In this document: one piece after another, positions 26,745 to 39,681 of the stretch
Layout of the letters: every line of letters starts with the position of its first letter
How positions within the stretch are numbered: the stretch's first letter is position 1
Origin: Macrostomum lignano
Lineage: Eukaryota
Length of the DNA: 64,000 nucleotides
Direction of reading: 5' to 3'
Assembly (NCBI GenBank): GCA_002269645.1
Contig: NIVC01001629.1
Coordinates: forward strand, 62,001-126,000
Made by a program: the position numbers and the translations under genes
Notes under the pieces: generated by a model
Database searches by the model: none
What the model saw: only the letters and a program-made list of their open reading frames with translations
What the model was told of the DNA's origin: nothing

Positions 26745-27277
26745 AGTTTGCAGAGAAACGAATTCCAACAGATCCAGAAGGCCAGCATATTTGCCGTGCT
26801 GGCAATCCGAGCTGGGAACCCGCAGGTGGCGATGCCCAGCCCGACTCTCATCTCTCAGCCAGAAATGCCCCCCCTCCCGGTGTCGGGTTTCCAGCAGCCG
26901 AATTGGCTTCTCAAGCCGCCCCCGGCCCAGCGCTGGCCCGGTGCGAAATCCGCAGCCCGCTGCCGACCGGCATCGAGTGCAGATCACCTGGGAGTGAAAA
27001 TTCGCTTTTCTTATTAAAAGGAATTTCAGCTCTCCATGGGGCTTCGCAATTTCTTTCCCAAGCCATTTCTTCTTCTCTGCTACTTCGTATTTTCCGGTGG
27101 AGTGCGGAGGGGGGGGGGGCGATTGAAGCGGCCTTCAACCAACCCGACTTCCTGATCCGCCTCCGAGGACTCGAGCTCCGGACGCCCGCCGCCCCTCAAG
27201 CCCCGCCGTTTCTCCGATCCAGGCCGGAGATTCGAGATTGGACTGATGAAGCTAGCAAGAGTCTGGGCTGCGGCGGC

Positions 27278-27280
<3 letters not shown>

Positions 27281-27314
<34 letters not shown>

Positions 27315-27326
27315 TTCTCTCTCTCT
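27281..27326. repeat. (CT)n microsatellite
   Basis: Direct inspection. Confidence 0.9.
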
Positions 27327-27745
27327 TGCCCCATTAAGAAGGCTGGCGGGTAACTCAGCCGGGATGAAGTCTGATGCGGCGGAGGCTGAGCTGCTGGGAA
27401 AAGAGCGAGCTTATCAAGCTTCATCGCTTTGGGGAATAAGAAAGAAGAGGAACAGAGAGGGGGAGAGGGGAGGGCGGAGCTTGAGGGCTCTGCAGCGGTG
27501 GCGGCAGGGGAGGGGGGCACCTGACCCCGGCTTCCCGGTGTCTTCAGGGCTGGCCTTTCAGGTTGCATCTTCGGCTTCTTGCTTCGGCTGCTCTCTTCTT
27601 CTGCCCAACTCGCTCTGCCGCTAGAGATCTTTTTATAGCTCAAAGCCAATCTGATGGGTTTGTTGGCTTTTTAATGAAATTTTTTATACTTGCTGTGCTC
27701 GAATGCAGGTCAGAGATCGTTAGGCTGGCTTTACAGACCGGCTAA

Positions 27746-28066
27746 TAGACAGGTAGGCTGTAGTGGACAGGTGGGTTGTAGTGGACAGGTGGGCTGTAGT
27801 GGACAGGTGGGCTGTAGTGGACAGGTGGGCTGCAGTGGACAGGTGGGCTGTAGTGGTCAGGTTGGCTGTAGTGGATAGGTGCGCTGTAGCGGACAGGTGG
27901 GCTCTAGTGAACATGTGGGGTGTAGTGAACAGGTGGGCTGTAGTGGACAGGTAGTCTGTCTTGTGGGACAGCCTAGTGGACAGGTAGTTTGTCTTGTGGG
28001 ACAGCCTAGTGGACAGGTAGTTTGTCTTGTGGGACAGCCTAGTGGACAGGTGGGCTGTTCTGGTAG
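27746..28066. repeat. 18-bp minisatellite (GTGGACAGGTGGGCTGTA), changing to a longer unit at its right end
   Basis: Direct inspection. Confidence 0.9.
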
Positions 28067-28451
28067 ACAGGCTTAAGGCTTTGAAAGTCCTCAGCCTAGG
28101 CTGTGGGAATTTTATTCATAAACATTTGAGGATCTGGAGCCGGTCTGCCTGAGCCGTGACCCACTAGGTCAATTTGGCAGCAACTCTATGCTCAAATGGG
28201 ACACCGAATAAGTCAGCAAATTCAGCCAGTCCAATTTTGGTTAATCGAGTTTCTCCTTTCGGGTTGAGTTTTGTCGGAGTATTTTTGCAAAGAAGGGTTT
28301 TGAATGTCACCGGATAAGTGCACAGATTCCTGTCTGCCGGTCGCACAGAAGGCCCCGAGTGTCTGGGTGAAGTGGCCGGGCATTTGGATCCTGGCTTATC
28401 TGGACCTGTCAATCAATGAAGGCTGGCGTCACACTGCCTGGCTAAACGGGT

Positions 28452-29215
28452 TGTTAGAGAGTTAAGGTGCTGTGTGGGGACTGGCTGTTAGACAGGGCGT
28501 TACAGTGTGAGGAATTGCTGTTAGATAGGGTGTTACAGTGATAAATTCGGTTAGACAAGGTGTTACAGTGTGGTGACTGGCTGTTAGACAGGGTGTTACA
28601 GTTAAAGTGTGGTGACTGGCTGTTAGACAGGGTGTTACAGTGTGAGGAATTGCTGTTAGATAGGGTGTTACAGTGTGAGGAATTGCTGTTAGATAGGGTG
28701 TTACAGTGATAAATTCGGTTAGACAAGGTGTTACAGTGTGGTGACTGGCTGTTAGACAGGGTGTTACAGTTACAGTGTGGTGACTGGCTGTTAGACAGGG
28801 TGTTACAGTGTGAGGAATTACTGTTAGATAGGGTGTTACAGTGTGAGGAATTGCTGTTAGATAGGGTGTTACAGTGATGAAATACTGTTAGACAAGGTGT
28901 TAGTCGTTACAGTGTGGTGACTGGCTGAGGGAAGGGTGTTACAGTTACAGTGTGGTGATTGGCTGTTAGACAGGGTGTTACAGTGTGGTGACTGGCTGTT
29001 AGACAGGGTGCTACAGTGTGATGATTGGCTGTTAGACAAGGTGTTACAGTGTGGTGACTGGCTGTTAGACAGGGTGCTACAGTGTGGTGATTGGCTGTTA
29101 GACAAGGTGTTACAGTGTGGTGACTGGCTGTTAGACAGGGTGCTACAGTGTGGTGATTGGCTGTTAGACAAGGTGTTACAGTGTGGTGACTGGCTGTTAG
29201 ACAGGGTGCTACAGT
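28452..29215. repeat. About 33-bp minisatellite (ACAGTGTGGTGACTGGCTGTTAGACAGGGTGTT)
   Basis: Direct inspection. Confidence 0.94.
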
Positions 29216-30293
29216 TGGAAAGCAGAGGCCTGAGCTCGGAGCAGACAGCAGCAATTATATACGCAATTAAATTCACAGGTTACAAAGCTGACAACTTCTA
29301 GTGCAGTGAGCTAGCATAATTATTTATTGATGAAGCCTGATTTCCATAACCAATCAAAGCTATTTTTAAAGACTTGCATTTAGATTTTGCGATAAAAAAA
29401 ACTGGAGATTTCCTGAACTTTCTCTTAGCCATCATCAGAAAGCGGTTTACTTTGTCTTTCTATTCGGCAAGAATTTCATTAAAGGGCGCAGACTTAATCT
29501 TTTTTAATTCCAAGGTGAGCCGACAGGCGACGGTCAACGGCCGGCCGGGGCGGGCAGGCCTCCTGACCGAAGGCGGACACTTCGGCTTTGATGCTGGCAC
29601 GGCTCCTGCGGGTCGAGAGAGAACTGATGATTTTGCGCAGTCCGCAGGCACGCGGCTTCATCCCCAGCCTCCCTGTTCCCCTGCGCAGTATTTTTCTAAT
29701 CTGTCCAAGGAATCCCAGACCGAATGATGGCGTGGCCGCTGCAGGCCAAAGCGATGCTGCCCGAGTTTCACTCGCCCTTGTAGCAGCTCGAATGCATTGT
29801 GGCTGGTGCAAATGACGCCTGTCAGTTCTGAAGGCGGAGTCGGATTACGTAATACCCCACCCCCATGATGATGAAGCTGATGAGGAAGCTGAACAGACTC
29901 TGCATTTCCATATTCTGGCCGCATTACTATCGTCATAAAATGTAAAAAGATTGCAAAATTAAAAATTCGTGTTGCATCTGTTTCATACTACTCACGGTCG
30001 GTCAGTAGAGTAGTGAGAAAAATATCAATATTTTAAACAGAACGATAGGAGAATTTAAACTTTCAAGCAGAAATCAGTTTCTTAACCTGTGTCGGGTACT
30101 TGAGCGCATTTCTCATTTCTCGGGAAATCAGAAAAAACCATCGTTTCCAACCGGCTGCTCCAAACTGCAACAGCTGCTCCGCGTCAGATGTTCGTCCAGT
30201 TCGCTGCTCTCTGCATGGTCATAAAAAGGCATAAAATAAATAAAAAGTTTTTGTTTCCGCTTAGCTGCAACTGCTGTAGCCGTGCTCAACACT

Positions 30294-33200
30294 ATGGGAA
30301 TTCTTCTCACTCTGCTGCCGCCAGTCTGCGCGGCTCTGGCCTGCCTCCCCGCCACGGCGGCCCTGCAGCTGCCGCTGACTCGCCTGAACTTCGTGGCGCC
30401 CGCCAAATCCGGACTGCCAGTGGACAGCGTCCAGCTGTTCGGACAGAGGGGTGTCTTCCAGCTGGTGAACGGCAGCGCCATTCACGGTCGACCTGAGGCT
30501 GCCTACTGCCTGCGGCTTGGCGTTGGTACACCCAGGCAGATTGTGAGCTGGGCGGGCAGAGGTGCCGGAGCTCACAGTGCGGTTAAACTTAAGTCACCGT
30601 GAACTCCAGTCGGTTAAAATTTCCATTCAGTTCCCGTGAACTCCAGTCGGGTAAAATTTCCATTCAGTTCCCGTGAACTCCAGTCGGTAAAATTTCCATT
30701 CAGTTCCCGTGAACAGCAGTTGGTAAAATTTCCATTCAGTTCCCGTGAAAACCAGTTGGTTTAAAATCTTCCGTTCCCGTAAACTGCAATGGGTTCAAAT
30801 CTTCAGTTCCCGTGAACTCCAGTTAGTTTCAAATCTTCAGTTCCCGTGAACTCCAGTTGGTGTCAAATCTTCAGTTCCCGTGAACTATAGTTGGTTTTAA
30901 ATCTTCAGTTCCCGTGAACTCCAGTTAGTTTCAAATCTTCAGTTCCCGTGAACTCCAGTTGGTTTCAAATCTTCAGTTCCCGTGAACTCCAGTTGGTGTC
31001 AAATCTTCAGTTCCCGTGAACTATAGTTGGTTTTAAATCTTCAGTTCCCGTGAACTCCAGTTGGTTTCAAATCTTCAGTTCCCGTGAACTCCAGTTGGTT
31101 TCAAATCTTCAGTTCCCGTGAACTCCAGTTGGTGTCAAATCTTCAGTTCCCGTGAACTATAGTTGGTTTTAAATCTTCAGTTCCCGTGAACTATAGTTGG
31201 TTTCAAATCTTCAGTTCCCGTGAACTATAGTTGGTTTTAAATCTTCAGTTCCCGTGAACTCCAGTTGGTGTCAAATCTTCAGTTCCCGTGAACTATAGTT
31301 GGTTTTAAATCTTCAGTTCCCGTGAACTATAGTTGGTTTTAAATCTTCAGTTCCCGTGAACTATAGTTGGTTTCAAATCTTCAGTTCCCGTGAACTATAG
31401 TTGGTTTCAAATCTTCAGTTCCCGTGAACTCCAGTTAGTTTCAAATCTTCAGTTCCCGTGAACTCCAGTTGGTTTCAAATCTTCAGTTCCCGTGAACTAT
31501 AGTTGGTTTTAAATCTTCAGTTCCCGTGAACTATAGTTGGTTTCAAATCTTCAGTTCCCGTGAACTATAGTTGGTTTTAAATCTTCAGTTCCCGTGAACT
31601 ATAGTTGGTTTCAAATCTTCAGTTCCCGTGAACTATAGTTGGTTTTAAATCTTCAGTTCCCGTGAACTCCAGTTAGTTTCAAATCTTCAGTTCCCGTGAA
31701 CTCCAGTTGGTTTCAAATCTTCAGTTCCCGTGAACTATAGTTGGTTTTAAATCTTCAGTTCCCGTGAACTATAGTTGGTTTCAAATCTTCAGTTCCCGTG
31801 AACTATAGTTGGTTTCAAATCTTCAGTTCCCGTGAACTCCAGTTGTTGTTTTTTAACTCTTCAGTTCCCGTGAACTATAGTTGGTTTTAAATCTTCAGTT
31901 CCCGTGAACTCCAGTTGGTTTCAACTCTTCAGTTTCTGTGAACTCCAATTGGTTGAAATCTTCAGTTCCTGTGAACTCCAGTTAGTTTCAAATGCTGATT
32001 CATCTGGCCCACTGTCTGCTGAGTCATCTGGCCCGTTTTCTGAATTCCGAGCTGCCCCTTGAATCAAGAAAACAGCACGAATACTTTTTTTGTCCTCCGA
32101 ACAAGCCTTTTGCGCCACATTCTACACTGTCTACTGGACAGAAGGCTATTAAATTGAAATAAATTCATCTAACCTGATCTCGCAGATCACAGCAAAGTTG
32201 GACACAGGCAGCAGCGACTTCGTAACGGCTGGCGCCAAGACGCCCGGCCTTGACCGGTGGTTCGACGCCAAGTCGTCCAGTTCGCTGGTCTGGCAGCACC
32301 AGCTGGTGCGCACCCCCTACACCACCGGCTTCTGGGAGGGCCACCTGGCCACGGACGTCGTGTCACTGCCAGGCCCTGTGCCCGGACCAGTCCGCGCCGC
32401 CTTCAGCGTCGCCGAGCGCAGCTCCGGCTACTTCCAGGCCGGCGCCGGGGCCTGGCAGGCCTCTGTCGGCCTGGCCTTCGAACGGCTGTCGAATGCGCGG
32501 ACAGCGGCTGGCGGCGGAAACTTCGCCGACACGCTGGCGAGGCAGCTGGGCGACGCCATGTCGACGGGATCGCCTCCCGTGCCGTTCTGCCTGCAGCTGT
32601 GCGGGGGCGACGCGGGTTTAGGGAGCTTCATCAGGATCGGGCAGGCGAACCGCACCGACATGCTGTACGCCTCCGTGCGCTGGGACTGGTGAGACTCGAT
32701 TGTGGCAAAACAACTTGAGGCTTCTGCAATTGTGTGATTCAACTGTACATCTTTGAAGATTAGAAATTCAAGGCCGCTGAGCTTCCTGAGCTTTTATCTG
32801 CGTACGTATCCTTGTGCGTGTGAATGCTCAGCGGAATAAGCAGTCTGGAGAAAGTTTTCCTTTTTCATATTAACAATCCATCAATAATCTCCGCCCTTCA
32901 GGTACTATGAAGTGGTCATAGCCGACATCAAGGTCGGCCGGTCCTCGCTCGGCATGGACTGCAAGGAGTACAACATGGACAAGGCCATCCTGCACTCTGG
33001 CGTCGGTGACATTCGCCTGCCGGCCCGGGTGCACGCTCGCGTCGCTCAGCAGGTGGGGGCGCAACAGCCGGAGCTCGGCAACCGCTTCTTTAACGGCCTG
33101 GGCCTCCTGTGCTCGAGCGACGGTTCACTGGAAGCCACCAAGAGGCTTCTCGACGCTTTTCCATCCGTCACCTTCAGCCTGGTGACGCCGGATAACCAGA

Positions 33201-34268
33201 CGGTGGACCTCGAGCTGAGCCCCGCCCAGTACCTGCGACCGGTCGTGCTCGGTGGCTCTCCAGCCGGAAATGGGTCCTGTTTCCGCTTCGGAATTCAGAG
33301 CACAAGCGATGGAGCTATTCTCGGTAGGGAAGCTGGAAATTTAAACAGCTCAACTGTCATGAAACAGCAATCCTGATCTAGCAAGCTCTGACTCGAAATT
33401 TGATTTCTTTAGTCCGATGATGCATAGAAAGGCCAGAGGTCAGGGTGAAGCGGGGAATGTGGTTCTGAATTTCTGCTAGAGGTGGGCTGCGTGTCCGAGT
33501 GCAGGCAAAGTGAGTGTCAAAGCTCACAGTTGAAATACTTCAGGAGTGGATATATTGGCATTATCATGACCTCTCATCATCAAAGGGGCGTAACCTAATG
33601 GTCTAGCTCTGATGCGAAAGCGGCCCAGGCTCGATTCCAAGTGCAGTCACATTAATCTAGGGCTAAATTGGAATCTCGGTTTGGCTCTGCTCGTGCAATT
33701 AACACCATTGAGAAGATAAAGTTATTGCCGCTTTACACTCCTGTGTGAGTGTGTGCCTGGTCGTATGACTGCGTACGTACCCTTGCGCTTGTGTGCCTGT
33801 TCAGGGGAGCCGGCGGAATGGGCTGCAATGCCTCTCGCCGGTTGTGTGACAATGTCGCTTAAAGTGCACTTACGGCCCCCTGCCTTTAATCTACCTCTCA
33901 TCATCAGTTTCGCTTAACTGCTCCGCCCAGGTGCCACCTTCCTCTCGGGATTCCTGGTCGAATTCGACCGAGCCGGTCGTCGCATCGGCTTTGCTTCGTC
34001 GTCTTGTCCGGAGGCGAACTCGTCGTCCAGGGTGTTGGGGCCGCGGCCCTACGTCGCCATTGGCGGCCCCCAGGACTGCGCTTTCTTCCGCGCCGACGTA
34101 GCCGCATCGACGTCTGTCCTACGTCCGGCAGCGGTTGCCATGGCAACAGTGTGCGCCATGTGCATCCTGCCGGTGTGCGCGCTGTTCGTCTGGCGGCAAA
34201 CGCATCGCCGGTGCCGGGACAGCGACGGCGAGAACGACGGAGAGACAGTCCAGCTGGTGCCAGCCTAA
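30294..34268 (+). CDS. Beta-secretase (BACE)-like type I membrane aspartic protease homologue, four exons, 503 aa; second catalytic Asp replaced by His
   Basis: Exons 30294-30542, 32186-32688, 32902-33323 and 33931-34268 total 1512 nt with GT..AG sites and matching phases. Features: hydrophobic N-terminal signal, LDTGSSDF, flap PYTTGFWEG, FCLQLCG, WYYEVVI, MDCKEYNMDKAILHSG, GFLVEFDRAGRRIGFA, C-terminal hydrophobic helix. All six BACE ectodomain cysteines can be placed. Confidence 0.92.
30598..31989. repeat. 34-bp minisatellite (GTGAACTCCAGTTGGTTTCAAATCTTCAGTTCCC), about 40 copies, in intron 1 of the BACE-like gene
   Basis: 34-nt period; begins 56 nt after the donor. Confidence 0.97.
33583..33892 (+). 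mobile_element. tRNA-derived SINE, full-length copy in intron 3 of the BACE-like gene
   Basis: Flanked by an exact 14-bp TSD ACCTCTCATCATCA (33569-33582, 33893-33906). Head has A-box-like TAACCTAATGG and B-box-like GGCTCGATTCC. Second copy at 24413-24700. Confidence 0.85.
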
Positions 34269-35146
34269 TGAAAAACAAGATGCTCAATTCTTATCAATGA
34301 CGCGGTCCCCGTTGCCTTCCAGGTTAATTAGAAACTTTGCTATCAGTGCCGCTGTCCCCGTTGCAGATTAACATGTCAAAAAGCCGATATTCTATTAATT
34401 GTAACCTTTTACAAATACTTACTGAGCACAATTTGAAAAGTTTCGCCATTTATTAATTACAGAGTATAATGAGTCCAATCAGCATAATTTTTGCTTTTGG
34501 ATGAATAATCTGTGTGAAATACGGAAACAACTTGAGATGTAGCTGTTGACTATTGGCTCTTGGCTTGGGATCAAGATACAGTGAGAGGCAATTTAATTAT
34601 TACGTGAAGTAATGACTTAGAATGTCAGGTATTAATGACGCATTAACACTCTTAGCTGAAGAACTTAGGAATTGTCTTGAATTAAGACCGACAAGACATG
34701 TTAGAATTCAAAATACCAAAATACCAAGCCGGGATATTATGATATGGTAAACAACTTTTGATCAGAGGTGCGACTCTGTAAAAAATTGAGGTAAACCATA
34801 GGAAAACATAATTGCTAGCCAATTTTGATCTACCATCAGCATGCGACTTAATTTGCCAGACTATTTAGAGTGCGAAGATTTTATGGAACGATCGAGAGAT
34901 TCGGCAGAATATAGGAAATGCGTCAGAGTTTAAGGAAGAGTTTAAATGACGCGTACAAGGAAGAAGTGAGTCGAAAGACGCTTTTGCAGACTCGCTAATA
35001 GAACTTTCAGCTACAGAATTCCCGAATGTGAAAGTTCAATAAAGGAGTTAGAATTTCGCAGGACACCAAAGAGAAATGATGCCTATTGTGACGAATACTA
35101 GCGTGGCGGCCCCGAGAATAAGCGAAGGCAAATGAATGCGGCCACC

Positions 35147-35258
35147 TATGTTTTCCATAAACATCGGCAATATAACATGAAAAACTCCCGATGTCTATCG
35201 AGCTGTAACATGTTACCGTGTTATAGAATACGGGTTAGAATTCCGTTTTCTATGAAAG
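35147..35258 (+). repeat. About 110-bp dispersed repeat, with an inverted copy at about 48460-48570
   Basis: AACATCGG(C/G)AATATAACATGAAAAACTCCCGATG..GTAACATGTTACCGTGTTA matches the reverse complement of 48460-48570. Confidence 0.8.
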
Positions 35259-36039
35259 AATTTATAATGCGCAGCGAAGCTTCAAACTAAAAATCCACTA
35301 CGATCCACGACCACTAGCACTAGTATTATTAGTACACTAATCCACTAAAAAGCCTCTATCCACTGTACTAAAAAGGTTATCGACTATAAATATAGATGAC
35401 CCTGTCACTAGCCCCCCTAAGGCTTGGTTTTGATAAGATTTGATGTGATCCACACTATAGTATTAAATATGTGATATTTCGATAATATAAATGGCCTTAA
35501 AAGCCTGATATGCCATTGTGTTCCTGACCTATGACTGACACTTAACAAAACAAGCATTGCTTAACATTTAAGCCAATAATGTTGCTTAGTTATCAGTGCT
35601 GCAAAATTTCAAATGCTAGATTAAAATTGAAACATAATAATATTATTGATAGGCCTACACATTATAGCCTACAATAATGTCTAGGACTCTAGGCCTAATG
35701 ACAATGTACATTTTTATACAAAATATAAAGTTTTTATTTTGTCAATTTTGTAAAGCTTTGACAACTTTAAGATTGGTCTAGGGCTAGGCTTGTCTCAATT
35801 ATAATTATATATTTTAAGCAAGGGCCTAGTGATTAAAAGGCTTAAATTAAATTAGGCTAGGCCCTCACCAAAAATATAATGTAATTAGGCCTAATAGTAA
35901 TCTTTTCCCATTGATTTTATTATAATACCAGTTACTAGGCCTCCAAGTTTATCTATTGGCAATGCATATATTTATCTAGAGTAGCTCTGCCATAGATAGC
36001 CTTTTACTGGGATAAGGTCATTGGCCTAGATGAATGAAA

Positions 36040-36400
36040 CTGGACATAATGTCAGAGTTGCCATTTGGAATTCCGCATTTATTCTTTACTCGGCAACCAT
36101 CAACAGACAAAGCATGCACTACCTTGATATTAAGCCAACTAAGGACCTAATGACTCGTGCTGGTATTCCTTTGCTTAGCTGCACTATCCATAAACACTGT
36201 TAGATATTACTTGGCCACTGCCTAAGAAGCCACAGCTGCGGCAAGTAAAATCCTCTGGTGCTGGCTCTCCTGCATCAGCCTACTGAGCGCTTGTGCTATG
36301 GCCAAAGCCAAAGTGTAACACTAAATGATACATTTCTAATTGACTTGCAGGCCATTAGGCTCAGCTCCTAGTCTGCCATGACTTGCCCCTCTCAGTTGTT
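36040..36400 (+). mobile_element. Highly decayed 3' end of an RTE-like LINE ORF2
   Basis: Interrupted translation ..TRAGIPLLS..LLGHCLRS..LHQPTERL resembles the RTE C-terminal 'RL.LAGH..R' region also seen at about 43500; contains stops. Confidence 0.45.
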
Positions 36401-37608
36401 CTGCTAATGCGTCCACACAGTCTAACTAGATCTCTTTTTGTCTGTGCTACTCTCTATGTATCTACTAGTAGTGTATGTACATAGGCCTATACTATATTTT
36501 TGGCCTGAGTGGTCTTATGGTATTGTCTATCCTTATACTCCTCTAAAGAATTTTATTCTCTCAGTCCTGGGTGTTCCCAAGATCAGAAGGTCACAGCTTA
36601 TTTGCTAGGTATTCTACCCTAAGGTGGGTTTCTTAGACCCTAGGATTACTCTAGGCCTACCCTATAATAGGATTTCTGCCTCCTAAAGGCAATTTCTTAG
36701 ATTCTAAATCTAGATACCTTGTTTTCTAGGAATGGATTAAATTCTTCCAATCTTGGGGCTACTTCTAAATCACTAGGCTTACCTACTACTTGAAATAAGT
36801 AGCATGAGCAGATATAAGCCCTGAGGCTGATTGAGTTCCATTTCTAACTTTTAAAGCTCAAAGGCAAGGAAAGAAAGGAATAAGACAAGGAAACTTATCA
36901 CAATTTATTTGGTTTAATCTTTAGCTGTCTCCTATTTATGCTAAAATTTCCTTTGCTATTTAATTTAAAACAAAATGACAATATATAAAATATATAAAAT
37001 ATGCATGATATTTTTAATATTCATATATTAAAACAAATATAATTTAACAATGTGATATTTCCAGGAAAGTGATTTATCAATAAACAAAGCCTATTTTAAT
37101 ATAAATAAATGAAAATTTATTGCAGTTGGGCTTATATCATTGATAATTTTAAATTTATATTTTAGGCCAATTTTGTATGATTATTAATATTATATATATT
37201 TATAAGGCCTATTATAAAAATATTCTAGCTAAGAAGCCTCTTTGGTACACAAAGGTTATAAATCTAATCTAAGTTAGGCCTAATATAATTTAAAGCTAAT
37301 TTTGATTTGTTTAATTAAACAAGTTAAGCAGCTAAAATCTATTTTTTATTTTTTCAAATTTGGTTTAATTTTAAGCCTATCAAAAGACCTATAAGTTTTA
37401 ATTCTAGCTTTATATAACACTTCTTTCTTTTTTTATTTGATTGAAATATAACTTTAAAAAACATTAAATTATTGTTTAATTCTTTTTTATTGCCTAGGCC
37501 TATTTTTTTAATTCCTACCTTTTTCTATAAAATAACAAGTTTTGGTTTATAATACTTAAAATATTATAAGCTCGTACTGCTAGATTATCACTAGGCACTA
37601 AGAAGTTC

Positions 37609-38026
37609 TAGAATGTGGGAAATGGGGAAGTTCCAGAATATGGAAAGTGGAGAAGTTCCAGAATGTGAGGGGTGGGGAAGTTCCAGAATGCAATGGGCGG
37701 GGAAGTTCCAGAATGTGAGGGGTGGGGAAGTTCCAGAATGCAATGGGTGGGGAAGTTCCAGAATGTGAGGGGTGGGGAAGTTCCAGAATGTGAGGGGTGG
37801 GGTAAGTTCCAGAATGTGAGGGGTGGGGAAGTTCCAGAATGTGAGGGGTGGGGAAGTTCCAGAATGTGAGGGGTGGGGAAGTTCCAGAATGTGAGGGGTG
37901 GGGAAGTTCCAGAATGTGAGGCCGTGAGGGGTGGGGAAGTTTCAGAATGCGATGGGTGGGGAAGTTCCAGAATGTGAGGGGTGGGGAAGTTCCAGAATGT
38001 GAGGGGTGGGGAAGTTCCAGAATGTG
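37609..38026. repeat. 25-bp G-rich minisatellite (CCAGAATGTGAGGGGTGGGGAAGTT)
   Basis: Direct inspection. Confidence 0.95.
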
Positions 38027-38060
38027 GGCAGTCGGGTAGTTTCAGAACGTGGTAAGTTCC

Positions 38061-38127
38061 ATTGGACGGAATAGTAGCCACGTGATTGCTCTCAGCCAAT
38101 AGCGACTTACATGTGTGTGTTGCCAAT
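38061..38127 (+). promoter_or_regulatory. Candidate promoter: three CCAAT boxes and a CACGTG E-box upstream of the three-exon candidate gene
   Basis: ATTGG 38061, CACGTG 38079, CCAAT 38096 and CCAAT 38123; motif clustering only. Confidence 0.35.
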
Positions 38128-38390
38128 AGAAACGGCGGGGTGATTTCCAAGGTTGCACATGTATGCTGTTGGTGTAGGTGAATTTCAAGAATCTGAGGGT
38201 CTAAATGCCGGGAAATCATTTTTATGCATATTTTTTCAGTAAATGTCGGACAAACAGCTCACGACCTGGAGTCTATTTTTGAGGCGCAACCACGTTCCTG
38301 GAACTCCTAGTAGTACACTATTGAATAAAGGTCAATAATTGAGATTTGCGTAGTTTTATTGATCGTAGCAGTCCCAAATGGCAGGTTTAA

Positions 38391-39231
<841 letters not shown>

Positions 39232-39342
39232 CATACGTTTAAGATCATGTTTTCAATACTGTTTATATTGTTTTAGTGTTTTGCCTTTCCGCTTCCAAAT
39301 AATCCGCTTGTATAATTAACTCCATGAATGCACGGGAAGGGT

Positions 39343-39681
39343 AGAGGATTTCCAGAAACGTGGGGAGTGTAGGGGATTCCAGAAACGTGGGGAGTGTAGG
39401 GGATTTCCAGAAACGTGGCGAGTGTAGGGGCTTTCCAGAAACGTGGGGAGTGTAGGGGCTTTCCAGAAACGTGGGGAGTGTAGGGGATTTCCAGAAACGT
39501 GGCGAGTGTAGGGGCTTTCCAGAAACGTGGGGAGTGTAGGGGATTTCCAGAAACGTGGGGAGTTTAGGGGATTTCCAGAAACGTGGCGAGTGTAGCGGAT
39601 TTCCAGAAACGTGGCGAGTGTAGGGGCTTTCCAGAAACGTGGGGAGTGTAGGGGATTACCAGAAACGTGGGGAGTGTAGGG
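39343..39681. repeat. 27/28-bp G-rich minisatellite (CCAGAAACGTGGGGAGTGTAGGGGATTT)
   Basis: Direct inspection; unit resembles the 37609 array. Confidence 0.94.

Noticed and set aside
30598-31989. Repeat arrays with 28-37-bp units superficially like CRISPR
   Set aside because: Units are head-to-tail without unique spacers, the context is eukaryotic introns, and there are no cas genes.
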